From assembly GCA_041741535.1 (NCBI GenBank), contig JBGSJV010000027.1, forward strand, positions 12,837 to 76,836: a stretch of 64,000 nucleotides of DNA. The letters run 5' to 3'. Position 1 is the stretch's first letter; every line of letters begins with the position of its first letter. Below, piece after piece: positions 45,701-55,923 of the stretch. Origin of the DNA: Pirellulaceae bacterium. GTDB lineage: Bacteria; Planctomycetota; Planctomycetia; Pirellulales; Pirellulaceae. A program made the translations under genes and the position numbers. The notes beneath the pieces were generated by a model. That model did not search any database, was not told the origin of the DNA, and saw only the letters and a list, made by a program, of their open reading frames with translations.

Positions 45701-46494
45701 TCGCATCGCGAAAAAGGCGTTTTTTCATTCAGGTGATCAAGGAAGAAGCACTGTTGGATCGAGTTCTCGGAGCCGAAGCGAAAGAAGTCATTGGAGAGGT
45801 TGTGCAGAATTGGGAAGAACGGACACTCGATAAGAGGTTGTGGTACGATGATGGAGACGAAAAGATCTTGCAGTACTTAGCGAAGGACCCTGGCAACGAA
45901 CAACTGATTGCATTGATCACCAGTAATGCTCGAAGTGCACAGGTGACTGTAGACGTCTCCGCCGGGAAAATCCAAAAGGTGCTCGATTGCGACGCCGTTT
46001 TTGGCAACGCAATTGCACTTCATCCGAGTTTGCCAGTCATCGCTGTCGCCGAAAACGACAGAGTCAGCTTGCGGGATATCGATTCGGGTAAGTCCTTGTC
46101 TCAGCTTGAAATAGGCGTGGAACGACCGACACACCTGGCATTCAGTCCAGACGGCAACCGTTTGGTCCTCTCATCTGAATGGGAAAGCACCGTGGCGGTT
46201 GTCGACATTGAGAGTGGAACAGCGGCCTTTCGTCTCGTCGGGCATGTCGGTGGTGTCATGCATGCAAGTTTTTCGTTTGATGGCAAGCGTATTCTGACTT
46301 GTGCGACCGATGGAAAACTTCGGATTTGGGATGCTGACAGCGCGACTCTGTTATGGGTCATCGATGAATCTCAAATGCCACTGAACTCATTGTCGGTCAG
46401 TAGCGATGGCCACTACCTAGTGGCTGGAAGCGGCCAGCGCAATGGAGTCGGCGGCGGATCAATCTTGTTATGGGACTTGGAACCGGAGAAATAG
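42790..46494 (+). CDS. Ser/Thr protein kinase - TM helix - WD40 beta-propeller protein
   Basis: GGLGALYLARD, VIVKAI, HRDIKPDNIMV, DWGLAK, GSPIYMSPEQ. TM helix LVASTITFFMVVLVALVSTSVLL. WD40-like repeats: AVRIWDAVSG, AIRIWDLKDG, VIRHYDLDE, LRIWDADSA. Confidence 0.9.
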   Translation: MFENEKPDSLSDLWELRQKQNAPPTSSDMNGGSPESEPQVVERAAKRKLFDSVFGPDLDTIPNRPDEIGEFCNGRYKVEALFDEGGLGALYLARDTELGRLVIVKAIRASHSDDHDSQRQFVNEAAITGQLEHPGIVPIYGFGRDQHRRPYYTMQKIKGTKLSEEIRQFHEHRANDGGHIKAFQRLLEDFRSVCLTIHFAHSRNVIHRDIKPDNIMVGKFGEVLVIDWGLAKQISATDSLSAPARDMPQVDEFEPIAVPNAFQTRHGAVKGSPIYMSPEQSEGSTAKIGPASDIYGLGATLYQVVTGRPPFEGSSQEVLLQVKEGKVRPPSQVAADVPLALEAICLKAMQRDPDQRYQTAKDLAEDVECFLAGEPVSAYNEPWTDTVQRWGRRNKTLVASTITFFMVVLVALVSTSVLLTKYNADLFIAKNAAETATTAEQQRANELEKSLYVNQIMLAQAAWNEPDLHRTSDILDATTLGRRSLEWNYAKRLVTRVNDLAWNQPPAIEPTWINSLTSSANGAWLMATFEQESAFEPGKFHEPIKVIPTTDNVSRVPKLSLISLAATFGVPAQILCFSPSGDEVLCRVPSENGGTERQYRLALVGIQTGQAIWQTEPLTDDSTSIFKAGFLMPEPIADPLKSPQVGESPDRQSGSQIVVMTDPQVISPELGTTGRVARIEFRDALTGGFLKTFETNTNIVAERACFSPNGQRIALMDMLNVTVFSVIADDSPQTLTGDNGFFFCDVAFSPDASLMATASADHAVRIWDAVSGSSIQVLWGMRKRVRCLAFDPSGNRIAACGEEGAIRIWDLKDGKLLNVLPTKDTETYTITFSHDGSQIYSGGSDGVIRHYDLDEPPVARTIQHENRVSQVQLNSQGDTIAAIIGWAENSKVCVYDRQSARLKFETDLYDARYPSEALFVGDIDFSPDGKTLAIGGDNVVHLVDADTGAKRWEHRGLEGRLKFTSDGRHLIASRKRRFFIQVIKEEALLDRVLGAEAKEVIGEVVQNWEERTLDKRLWYDDGDEKILQYLAKDPGNEQLIALITSNARSAQVTVDVSAGKIQKVLDCDAVFGNAIALHPSLPVIAVAENDRVSLRDIDSGKSLSQLEIGVERPTHLAFSPDGNRLVLSSEWESTVAVVDIESGTAAFRLVGHVGGVMHASFSFDGKRILTCATDGKLRIWDADSATLLWVIDESQMPLNSLSVSSDGHYLVAGSGQRNGVGGGSILLWDLEPEK

Positions 46495-46652
46495 GTGCAA
46501 ATAGCTCTCTGGCACCGCTCAAAAAGGAGCGTACCGGTTCGGGCAGTACACGAACCAAATATTTCTGCCCCAAATTGGCGGCCCGGTTCGCTTGTTCCAT
46601 GGAGCGGGGGCTTTCAAACTAGCCAGACCACCTTTTTCACAGGAACAACGCC

Positions 46653-47162
46653 ATGTACAGTAAACCCCGTTTTATTCTAGCTGCGGTTATTCTGATCGCG
46701 TCGATATCGACAATATCGACCTCGAGGGCAGACGACTTCGTAGTTGATGACAATACCTACGCGGCGATTGCGTACTCTCAGGCGACCGGACGTTACGGAT
46801 ACGCCTACGACTATCGTTCGCGAAAGTCGGCAGAACAAGCCGCCGTTCGCAATTGCAAAGCGGACGATGCCAAGGCAGTTTGTTGGGTAAATGCTGGATG
46901 GTGTGCCCTGGCCTTGGGAGATGATCAAAAGTGTTATGGTACAGGCTACACTTATGGTAATGGAGCGACACACAGCGAGGCGAGCCGCCAAGCTGTCTTC
47001 GATTGCCAGAAACGAACGACGGGAGCCCATGTAGCCGTATTCCTGCTTTCCGATGGACAACTCGTTTTTACTGTCAACAGCGATGAGTCGAACACGAAGC
47101 AGGTCGAAGAATCGGTGAAAGCTGACCCTGTACCGTCTTCAGGCAGTCCACAGTCGAAGTGA
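46653..47162 (+). CDS. Secreted DUF4189 domain protein
   Basis: Signal peptide, then YAAIAYSQATGRYGYAYDYRSRKSAEQAAVRNCK...CALALG...YGTGYTYG...EASRQAVFDC, which is the DUF4189 pattern. Confidence 0.7.
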   Translation: MYSKPRFILAAVILIASISTISTSRADDFVVDDNTYAAIAYSQATGRYGYAYDYRSRKSAEQAAVRNCKADDAKAVCWVNAGWCALALGDDQKCYGTGYTYGNGATHSEASRQAVFDCQKRTTGAHVAVFLLSDGQLVFTVNSDESNTKQVEESVKADPVPSSGSPQSK

Positions 47163-47324
47163 CGATCTGGGAATCGGACCCCATGCGTTAGCTGGAGGTT
47201 GCAACCCGATCGGGTACAATCAAACGTGACTTCATATTCGTCAAAGCAAAATATGCTGTGGATTTGCTCCTGCAGCAGTCGATTGCGTTTGGAATACACT
47301 TCTTTGTCTAAGTGCGAGTGCGAC

Positions 47325-50300
47325 ATGTACAAGAGAAAAACTGATCGCGACGATGCACGGCGCGAACTCCAGAGAATCCTGCTTGACGAAGAAGCCGACG
47401 ACCCAACCGCGCCGCCGAATGCCCTGTTATCATCAACGGCATACTATATCTTGCCAGAATTCTCAAATCTCGTTCCACGACTCCGCACGATCGTCGCTGC
47501 ACATTCCGACCGCAACCTGCGGATTCGCGCTGCCGAAGCATTGGTGTTGTGGGGAGAGCCGAGCGGTAATTCACTTGCGATGTTGATTGATTTCCTGAGT
47601 TCCAACTTTCGGCGAGAAGAACGCATCGCTGCCATTCAGGCGTTAGGACACATTGGTCCTCCCGCTGCTTGCGCGATTCAGCCGCTGGTCCAGTTGTTGA
47701 GTGATGGCGACGCCGAGATTCGATCCACCAGCCTCCAATCATTGCTGTTGATCCGACCGGAACCTGACCCAGCCGGGCGTCTGGTCGATTTCCTATTCAA
47801 GCAAGAACTCGATGCCAATGAAGCGATCCGCCTACTTGTGGCTATGGGGAGACCAGTTGTGAAGCAACTCACGCAAAAATTGGAGTTGGAACGAAACGAG
47901 GATCGACATCTTGCGATCAACGCTCTCTCGCAGATTGGTTGGGCGCCGCCGGATGCGATTGCGACTATTTTGGCGTCGTTTCAGTTCGAATACTGCTGGA
48001 ATTCACTACTTGATCGGGGGCGATTATTTGCTCCTGATCGGCGAATGGAGAGTTTTTTCTGGTTCGATCAACCAGAGGTCGCGATGGCACATGCCATTCA
48101 CCATCCGGAGGTCTTAGTCCGCCGACCGGTGACGTCAATGCTAGCCCATTGGTACGCGCCCCAACAAGCGGATCTGTTACCTGCACTGCTGTCCTCAGCG
48201 CAGGATGTTGATCATGAAGTTCGTCAGAATTCGGTACGATCATTGATCCGATGGGCACATCGTGAACCGTCACATTGGGAGCCGATTTTGCCGCTTCTGC
48301 TGCAGGCTGTCCGAGATTCGTCGGTTCTCGTGCGTCGCAATGTCCTCGAGAATCTCTATTTAATGAAGGAACGACCTTCGGATCGTGATGCGTTGTTGGA
48401 GGTATTGTCAGACGTTGATCCCGATGATCGGTTGCGATCCGATGCCGACACCGAACGGCGGGCTCTTGCCCTCGATTTTGATGCCCGCATTCAAGATCTG
48501 ATCGATGCAGTCAAAACATCCGTAGAATTGGATGAGAGTGCGGTCAGTCACCTACGAAGGCTGGGACCGGCAGCTAGGGCTGCCATGCCATGCCTTGTTG
48601 CGCGCTTGGGGCAAGAAACAGATTCCCGCTATCGTAGCAGGCTGGGATATGCGATCGCGGCAATTAATCCTCAACTGGCGATCATCCGTGACCTGTTGGA
48701 CGACGACGACCCAGAAGTTCGGTTCTTGACGCTTGCTGGTTTGCAATCATCGGGGCAGCCATTGGATGAGCTAAAGCCACTGATTCTTATTCGCCGTTCA
48801 GACGACGATGCTTCAGTGCGGCACGAAGCGGCGACGCTGTTGTGGTCGTTGGACCAGGACGTTGCACCTTATCTGAGGGTACTCGTTGACATAATGCAAC
48901 AACAACCGCTTTATACGTGCAAAGTTCGAGTACTATTCAATGGTGCACCACTCGATTGCTTGCGTGACGATTGTTGGCCTGAGGTGACGGACGAACTCCT
49001 CAAGCTAGCGCATTCCAATACTGCGGCAATCGCTCAAATCGCGTTGATTCTTGAGGAAGATAAACGACAGAGCTTGCACATGCTGCGACTGAACTGGGAG
49101 TTGTTCCATAACGTCAGCATCGTCTCAGACGTTGCTCGTGGCTTGGGCGGTGATTTTCATCATTGTATTGCAAGTGCCGAATTGCTGCATCGCATCGGTT
49201 GTCAAGCTACTGCCGCAGTACCCGAACTACGCGGTCAACTCGGTGCAGATTACTATTTGTACCGACTTCATGCTCTGCAAGTGCTCCAGCAGATCGGGCC
49301 TGCCGCTGAAATGGCTCTGGGCGATGTCGTCCATGTCTTGAATTGGGGCACAACGAACGCAGCAAACGATGAAGAAGGATTTTGCGAAGACGCAGTGCGA
49401 GCTGAAGCCGCAAGTACAATCGGCTGTATTGTACCTGAACTGAGCGACCTCGTACCGATTCTGAAGTTGATCGCTGGCAATCCATACGTACGCTCGACCC
49501 TGGCGCGTGTTGCTGAGACCGATTCCGTTGAGGTGGTGAAATCGATGTTGTTGGCGCTCGCGAAACGTCACAGCATTGCGCCCTCAATGACTAATACGAC
49601 AGACAGCAAGCAGCAGCCGACAGTGTGTGCGATGGATGTCGAAGAATTGGTCCGTACGCTGCAAGATGAACAATCGGCACATCGCAATGGCGCAGCACTC
49701 GCTTTGGCAAATCTGGGGCCAGCGGCTGCCATGGCGATACCGCACCTCGCATTCCTGTTGAGTGAATCCCAATCGACTGCCTTGCGCGACACCGTGATCG
49801 TTGCGCTGGGACGTTTTGGAGCCGCCGCTGTTGCGCCACTCCAAGAGTTGATTGGACACAGTGATTGGATCGTGCGACTGGAAGCAGCGGAGGCATTGCA
49901 CCGCACAGAAGCTGTGCCAGAGTTTGAATTGCCTTCGATCCTGGCGCTGCTCGACAACGTCGATGGCAGTGATCCTATGTGTCACCAACGACAACTTGCT
50001 CCCGTAACGTTTCGACGAATTCTCAATCAGATATTCAACTTAGTCAATTCTCCTCTTAGCGAACACATATTAAGTGACGCATCGCGGCGGCTGCTGGGTC
50101 CGTTCAGCATGCTCATCCAGGCTCGGGGTTGGCATCTGCGCGACTGCGCAATTGGCAACCTGGGTCGCTTCGGTCGTAAAGCAGAGCCTCTCGTGCCCCT
50201 AGTACTGGACGCCTTGCATGATTCAGATTGGTTGGTGCGACAGGCAGCGCTCTACACCATAGAAAAGATTGCGACACCCACCACGGAAGTCATTGCGGCG

Positions 50301-50390
50301 CTCCAGCGCACGTCGAATGACCCTTTTGACGCCGTGCGTGACCTGGCAATTTCGATTGTTCAGGAATGGGGTCCCCTTGTATCGGATTGA
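47325..50390 (+). CDS. Large HEAT-repeat protein
   Basis: Many PBS-lyase/HEAT-like units: NLRIRAAEAL, DAEIRSTSLQSL, DHEVRQNSVRSL, DPEVRFLTLAGL, DASVRHEAATLL, DWIVRLEAAEAL, DWLVRQAALYTI. The start is uncertain (ATG 47325 or the track start at 47199). Confidence 0.75.
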   Translation: MYKRKTDRDDARRELQRILLDEEADDPTAPPNALLSSTAYYILPEFSNLVPRLRTIVAAHSDRNLRIRAAEALVLWGEPSGNSLAMLIDFLSSNFRREERIAAIQALGHIGPPAACAIQPLVQLLSDGDAEIRSTSLQSLLLIRPEPDPAGRLVDFLFKQELDANEAIRLLVAMGRPVVKQLTQKLELERNEDRHLAINALSQIGWAPPDAIATILASFQFEYCWNSLLDRGRLFAPDRRMESFFWFDQPEVAMAHAIHHPEVLVRRPVTSMLAHWYAPQQADLLPALLSSAQDVDHEVRQNSVRSLIRWAHREPSHWEPILPLLLQAVRDSSVLVRRNVLENLYLMKERPSDRDALLEVLSDVDPDDRLRSDADTERRALALDFDARIQDLIDAVKTSVELDESAVSHLRRLGPAARAAMPCLVARLGQETDSRYRSRLGYAIAAINPQLAIIRDLLDDDDPEVRFLTLAGLQSSGQPLDELKPLILIRRSDDDASVRHEAATLLWSLDQDVAPYLRVLVDIMQQQPLYTCKVRVLFNGAPLDCLRDDCWPEVTDELLKLAHSNTAAIAQIALILEEDKRQSLHMLRLNWELFHNVSIVSDVARGLGGDFHHCIASAELLHRIGCQATAAVPELRGQLGADYYLYRLHALQVLQQIGPAAEMALGDVVHVLNWGTTNAANDEEGFCEDAVRAEAASTIGCIVPELSDLVPILKLIAGNPYVRSTLARVAETDSVEVVKSMLLALAKRHSIAPSMTNTTDSKQQPTVCAMDVEELVRTLQDEQSAHRNGAALALANLGPAAAMAIPHLAFLLSESQSTALRDTVIVALGRFGAAAVAPLQELIGHSDWIVRLEAAEALHRTEAVPEFELPSILALLDNVDGSDPMCHQRQLAPVTFRRILNQIFNLVNSPLSEHILSDASRRLLGPFSMLIQARGWHLRDCAIGNLGRFGRKAEPLVPLVLDALHDSDWLVRQAALYTIEKIATPTTEVIAALQRTSNDPFDAVRDLAISIVQEWGPLVSD

Positions 50391-50518
50391 AGAACTCTCA
50401 TTCGTCTGACTTCGGTGGCACCGAGGCCAAGAGGTTTTAGCAGCTTCGGACAACCCAATCAATTCATTAAGGCAGAGTTAGCAGGACACCCGTTCAGAAC
50501 GGTGTAGGAGAAAAACGT

Positions 50519-51745
50519 ATGAACAATGGAACGAGAAGAGAGCTCGAAGACGCAATTCGCCATCTATCGGATAGAGACGAGCGAACTCGACAAAGTGCGA
50601 TCGCATTATTTAGGTCTGATCCCAACGAAAGTTTGCGGTACTTGATCGAGAGTCTTCAAACCAATCCAAACTTTCGCTGGAAGACTTTGTGTGCCTTTCG
50701 CTACTTAGATGGAAACCTAGTGACCGCGTTGCCAGTTGTGCTGCCCCATCTGCACGACGAACACCGCCTTTGCCGCATCGCGGCAGTCGAAATCATTATG
50801 CAAATGGGGACAGACGCAAAGGCCGCAGTGCCGGAACTGATCAAGTTATTGGATGTAAAGGATCAGGAGTTCAAAGCACTTGCCCTAAAGGGTCTAGTTA
50901 AAATCGGTCTTACTCCGACGGATACGGCAGGGATCGCTCCGCTGGGCAAAATACTCGGCAAAGAAATCTGCAAAGATAAGCCGAACCGAGAGGTCATTGG
51001 CAGCGTGTCAGCTTTGCTGCGTGCAATTGGTCCAAGTTCCATACCGACATTCGTCAGTTGCTTGCGTAAGGCGACACGCTCTTCAATGTTCCTGGACGAT
51101 GAATACGATGAATGGTCTTTTGAACCCGTGTTCGAAGCACTTCAAGGATTGCTACCCAAGTCGAAAAATGCAGCTAAACAACTGATTAGTCTGCTTGAGT
51201 TAACCGGGTCACCACTGGGATTTCGGGAGAACGTCTTGTTTGCGCTGAGTAGTGTTGGCCCGACCGATGTTGATCGCGTGGTGCGTTCATTCATTGAGCT
51301 TGGAACACATATCGATATCGCGTGTGAGAGGTCACATCTGGCTTTGTTCGGCGCGTTATTCAGAATTGGCCCGGCCGCCATACCAACTCTGCTTAGGATT
51401 CTTCGCTGTCACGACGATACCCAAAGCGTTTTTGCTGCACAAGTTCTGGGTACTTACAACAACGACCCATACCCATGTGAAGTAAGCGAAGAATTGAGTC
51501 AAGCAGCGAAAGCGACAATACCTGCATTGATTGCGGCATTTCAAGCAGGCGGACGGGAGTTGAAGGAAGCCTGCGTAGATGCCTTAGGTACGATGGCTGC
51601 AGAATCCAAAGACGCTGTAAAAATCCTGATCGCTGCTGTCGATGACCCTAGTATTAATGGAAAAAGCGGACTTACACAAACAGGCGGTCAAGAGACAGCC
51701 CTTCGCGCACTGGAGTCAATATTGAACGATCGATCGCGAAGATGA
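50519..51745 (+). CDS. HEAT-repeat protein
   Basis: DERTRQSAIALF, EHRLCRIAAVEII, AVPELIKLLD, and other repeats. AGGAGA lies 8 nt upstream of the ATG. Confidence 0.75.
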   Translation: MNNGTRRELEDAIRHLSDRDERTRQSAIALFRSDPNESLRYLIESLQTNPNFRWKTLCAFRYLDGNLVTALPVVLPHLHDEHRLCRIAAVEIIMQMGTDAKAAVPELIKLLDVKDQEFKALALKGLVKIGLTPTDTAGIAPLGKILGKEICKDKPNREVIGSVSALLRAIGPSSIPTFVSCLRKATRSSMFLDDEYDEWSFEPVFEALQGLLPKSKNAAKQLISLLELTGSPLGFRENVLFALSSVGPTDVDRVVRSFIELGTHIDIACERSHLALFGALFRIGPAAIPTLLRILRCHDDTQSVFAAQVLGTYNNDPYPCEVSEELSQAAKATIPALIAAFQAGGRELKEACVDALGTMAAESKDAVKILIAAVDDPSINGKSGLTQTGGQETALRALESILNDRSRR

Positions 51746-52129
51746 ACCTGAGATGATTTCGAATCCGAGGGTTGATCCAAATAGTAAAGATCGCTGCCCC
51801 AATCTTGACCATCCTTCCGTTTAATTCTTGTGGATAAACTCGGTGGAACCGGAATTGAAAAAACGAAAACGGACTATCGATTGCCGAACTAACCTCCACG
51901 CCCCCCCTCAAGCCGCTGAATCCCAGAGAGTCGGCAATAATCGGCAATGCCTGTCGATCTGAACTCCCCGATTTGCGATTTGATGCCCCCAAATCCTCTC
52001 TTGCACCGCTCCCCTTATTGGATGCTGAAATCATCAGCAGTGAATCAGAGTTGCCAAGCAGCGAGCCAGAAGGTTTTCACGCCGATTTTACGGAATCGAG
52101 CTGAAACCGATTGAAGGGAATTCCTCAAC

Positions 52130-53452
52130 ATGCTTCCAATAAAACTGGACGTGGCTAAGTTTGCGTACGTTTGTCGACGGTTTCCTCTGGCCGCGGGCTG
52201 GTCGGCCATAATTGGGGCCCTAGCAAATCGATTTGTCAATATCGGGAGGCAACTTTGGAACAAGACCCCGCTGACGCTCACTGGCGCTTTTGCGATACCG
52301 CTTTTGATTTGGCTGGCAGCTTCGATCGGTCTAGGAAGGCAAGATCGCGTTGTCCTTTCCATCGCGGCGATTGGACTTGCTTGGATCTGCTTGGCGATGT
52401 TGACGGTGAGTGTGGCCGCCATTTGGATCTGGTTTCGGAAACACAAAGGCCCCGCGAACACAATCTCGCTGAATGCTGGCGAGTCCGCATTTACTGGTTT
52501 CACGGTTTCGCGATTTCCGTGGGGAATTTTCCTTCAAATTCGCATCGAATGGATCAATCCTCGCGGTGTTGAAATTTCGTTGGATCCTCAGGGAGGCCAG
52601 TTGTTGGAACGAGCCACTGCGGTGCAGCGAACGTTGGTCGAACGAGTTGTGCGCCGCATACACATCGGCGATCCATTTGGGCTGGTCGCGGTTTGCGTTG
52701 ACTTGGTTGCCGATCAACGCATTGTCGTTTTACCTACTTCAGGCGAAATAGCGCGATTTCCAACCACGTTTTTCAACAATCCAACCGATGTGACACCGCA
52801 CCCAAGTGGCAATTCTGAAGGTGATTTGGCGGAATTTCGCCGTTATGGAGCAGGCGATCCACTCAAACGAATTGTATGGAAAGCCTTTGCCAGAACTCGG
52901 CAAGTGATCGTACGAAATCCCGAAAAAGCAAATTCACCCACAACGAAACGACATATGTACTTTGTCGCGGGCGCTGGCGACGAGGCGACGGCCAGTATTG
53001 CACGAGGAGTGCTCGAGCATCAAACGAGGGAAGATTTTCTGTTTGCCGCCGACGGTTCGGAATCACCAATTTCTACAGTCACCGAAGGGCTCGAATACCT
53101 TGCCAGGTCTGAGCAATTCCGTGAACAAGGAGCCGAAGGGCTCGAACGATTTTTCAAGATAATGGAACCAGGTGCGTCTTGCTGCGTGCTGTTCCTCCCG
53201 CTGCAAGCTGGTACCTGGGTCGATCGCGTTGTCGATCAGCTCTACCGCTCCTCGGTTCAGTGCCAGGTCATCATCGGAACGGACGGAATCACAGAGCGAT
53301 GCCCGTCATTTGCGAGTCGTTTGGTGTGGAAATGTCGTCCAGTCTGGCCAGACAAAAATCACGTTCGACAAATTCATGATCGCGTTGCAGCAACCGGAGC
53401 CTCCGTCTGCGTCGTTGACCGGAGCACGGGGGAACAGCTTGATTTTGGTTGA
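52130..53452 (+). CDS. DUF58 domain protein (vWA-like partner of MoxR ATPases), N-terminal TM helices
   Basis: DUF58 signature LAEFRRYGAGDPLKRIVWKAFARTRQVIV. Two N-terminal TM segments. Confidence 0.8.
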   Translation: MLPIKLDVAKFAYVCRRFPLAAGWSAIIGALANRFVNIGRQLWNKTPLTLTGAFAIPLLIWLAASIGLGRQDRVVLSIAAIGLAWICLAMLTVSVAAIWIWFRKHKGPANTISLNAGESAFTGFTVSRFPWGIFLQIRIEWINPRGVEISLDPQGGQLLERATAVQRTLVERVVRRIHIGDPFGLVAVCVDLVADQRIVVLPTSGEIARFPTTFFNNPTDVTPHPSGNSEGDLAEFRRYGAGDPLKRIVWKAFARTRQVIVRNPEKANSPTTKRHMYFVAGAGDEATASIARGVLEHQTREDFLFAADGSESPISTVTEGLEYLARSEQFREQGAEGLERFFKIMEPGASCCVLFLPLQAGTWVDRVVDQLYRSSVQCQVIIGTDGITERCPSFASRLVWKCRPVWPDKNHVRQIHDRVAATGASVCVVDRSTGEQLDFG

Positions 53453-53536
53453 ATCTCAAGTCCTAACGATCGTCAAGGCCGCTGTGCGCGTACGAATTCA
53501 GCTCCGCGAACGGACAACAAGTAAAGGGAACTTTCG

Positions 53537-55804
53537 ATGATACCGCATGAGAATGTAAATGGCGCCACGGCTCGTTTTGACAACGAACCGTTCAGCTTGG
53601 TTGCGATTCGAATGTGTTGCTACTGGATCGGCGTGCTGCTGATTGTTGGCCCGCTTTCGTCTGGGTTCGGAATCGTCGGTGCGATGGCCGCTGTAACCGC
53701 CGGAATGTTTGCCGCAAATTACCTAAAATCTCGCGAAGTTCGCACGGTGATCGTTGTCCTGGGTTGCCTCGCTGTCGTCGCTTGTAGCCAGTGCTCAATT
53801 CCGCAACTAGTCGTACGATGGTTGGTTGCGTGGGTGGGAATCACTGCAACGGTGGGCGCAACTGATGCGTTGATGTTCGGATTGCTGGCTTTCGGTATCA
53901 CCATCTTAGTGCGGACACTAGCCGCAACATCAGCGGTCTTGCGACTGTGTGAAGTGATCTGCTTGACAGCGCCTGTCGTGCAACTATTCGCAGGCCATCG
54001 CGACATGCGTCTTGGGCAACCAAGGTTCTTGACGGACTGGGCCCTCAGTCGTGGTTTCGACCCCCACACGCTCCTATTGGGTGTAGGCGTCATTACGACG
54101 ATTGGGATAGCAATTCTGCTTCTACCTCGACAACGGTTGAGTCAATCGGCCGGCGCCATAGTGATTTTTCTAGTTTTCTCAGTCGTCGGGTACCAGGCGT
54201 TAGGTGTCCTATTATCCAGGGGTGATTTGACGCATTTTAGCGGTAGCACCCGCGACAATGATCAGAACGACAAGTCACACAATTCGACACCAGCAAAGGA
54301 AGCATCGCCAAACAATAAATCTTCGCGCCCTGAAGAACAGCATGTCAAGTCGTCGAACGACTCCTCATCCGATCCAGACGAAATGCCTTTTGTACCCAAT
54401 CCTAATCCGCGACCATCCACTCCAGTGGGCGTGGTAACGTTGAGTGATGACTACTCCCCCGGCGAACGAGTTTGGCATTTTCGCACGGCAGCCCTTAGCC
54501 AGTACAACGGGCAGCGTTTTGTCGTTGCAGCGGCTTCACAAGTAGACGAGGACATACCTCATGGCTTTCCCGCCGAGCGGGTCGAGTTGCCCGGAGCAAG
54601 CTCAGCGGAAGATGTCACACAGGTAGTACGAACAACGGTCGGTTTGTTGAGTGCTCAGTCACGACCGCTGTGCCTTGTCAGTCCACAGGTCATTGAGCCG
54701 TATCGAGAAAGCCATTCGAAGCTCTTCGTCTCGAGTTACCGAGTGGAGTCTCGCGTTCCCAAAACCAACGTTTCAGAATTCGGTTATCTGGTTGGGATGG
54801 TAAAGTTGGCCGCTGGTTCACCAAGTTGGAATGATCAAACGAAAGAGCATTACCTTGCAGGGCCCGAAGACCCTCGCTATGCCGAACTGGCGGCACAAAT
54901 CATGGCTGAGAGTGTCGAGCTAGAAAAAATCATGCCCGAGTATCGCGAGTCGGCCTACCTCAAGGCGCTTTGCGTTCGTCGTTGGCTCGAAAAGAACATG
55001 ACCTATACGATGAAGCCGGGGCATGCGCCGGACGCCAATCCGGTGGCTGAATTCCTGTTCGGTAATCGACGAGGGTACTGCGTCCATGTGGCGCACGCGA
55101 TGGCAAGTTTGCTGCGGACGCTGGGCGTTCCGGCTCGTGTCGCGACTGGATTTGCCGTCAAAACTGAGAATGTATCGACAAAAACCTCGCTTACCATTCA
55201 ATCCACCGACGCTCATGCTTGGGCGGAAATTTATCTAACTGGGATTGGTTGGATTCCAGTCGATGCCTCATTGGAAAACGTCGATTCAGATGTACCAACC
55301 TCCGATCCCTTTGATGCATCCACAGCATTGCATTTGGCAAATGAGCTGCGCGGCTCAAACGCCCCTGGTCAGAACGAATCGTCAGACCTTGCCGCGCGGG
55401 TGGGCTACTTTGGGCGACGTTTCCTTATGACCGCACTTGTTCTTGTCCTATGCGGGCCCTACCTGGTCAAAATTTGGAGACGGTTGGCGCCACACATCGC
55501 TTCAAGGCAGACACTGCACCGCCTCTGTTACCGCACCGTCCTCGACCGGTTGGCGGAAGTCGGCTTACACCGCAGAGCGGGTGAAACACGGGAAGAGTTT
55601 TCCGAACGAGTGGCCCCGTGGGCGCCCCAATTGCCCGATTTCACCCAGGCACACGAGCGTTACGCCGGCGGAGCCAACGTCGCAACAGAATACGACTGGC
55701 GTTTTCTGCAGCGTGTGATTGAGAAGCAACTTTCCACGAGCTTCTCGCTACGAAGGCGACTGATCGGCCTTTTGCATCCTCTGAGTTGGACCAAGGTTCA
55801 TTGA
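53537..55804 (+). CDS. TgpA-like membrane transglutaminase (multi-TM N-terminus, transglutaminase core, C-terminal TM + DUF4129-like tail)
   Basis: Cys-His-Asp core contexts: GNRRGYCVHVAHAMASLLRTLGVPARVATGF, DAHAWAEIYLTGIGWIPVDAS. About six TM helices at the N-terminus. Confidence 0.85.
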   Translation: MIPHENVNGATARFDNEPFSLVAIRMCCYWIGVLLIVGPLSSGFGIVGAMAAVTAGMFAANYLKSREVRTVIVVLGCLAVVACSQCSIPQLVVRWLVAWVGITATVGATDALMFGLLAFGITILVRTLAATSAVLRLCEVICLTAPVVQLFAGHRDMRLGQPRFLTDWALSRGFDPHTLLLGVGVITTIGIAILLLPRQRLSQSAGAIVIFLVFSVVGYQALGVLLSRGDLTHFSGSTRDNDQNDKSHNSTPAKEASPNNKSSRPEEQHVKSSNDSSSDPDEMPFVPNPNPRPSTPVGVVTLSDDYSPGERVWHFRTAALSQYNGQRFVVAAASQVDEDIPHGFPAERVELPGASSAEDVTQVVRTTVGLLSAQSRPLCLVSPQVIEPYRESHSKLFVSSYRVESRVPKTNVSEFGYLVGMVKLAAGSPSWNDQTKEHYLAGPEDPRYAELAAQIMAESVELEKIMPEYRESAYLKALCVRRWLEKNMTYTMKPGHAPDANPVAEFLFGNRRGYCVHVAHAMASLLRTLGVPARVATGFAVKTENVSTKTSLTIQSTDAHAWAEIYLTGIGWIPVDASLENVDSDVPTSDPFDASTALHLANELRGSNAPGQNESSDLAARVGYFGRRFLMTALVLVLCGPYLVKIWRRLAPHIASRQTLHRLCYRTVLDRLAEVGLHRRAGETREEFSERVAPWAPQLPDFTQAHERYAGGANVATEYDWRFLQRVIEKQLSTSFSLRRRLIGLLHPLSWTKVH

Positions 55805-55923
55805 CATTATCGTGAGTCTTTTCAGGAATTTGCGTCGTGCAGTTGCCCCATCATCGCCAGTTCCTTCGCTTATATAGATGAGTCGAAATCGTGTTTCACC
55901 CTTCAAATTGGAGAAAACTGTAA

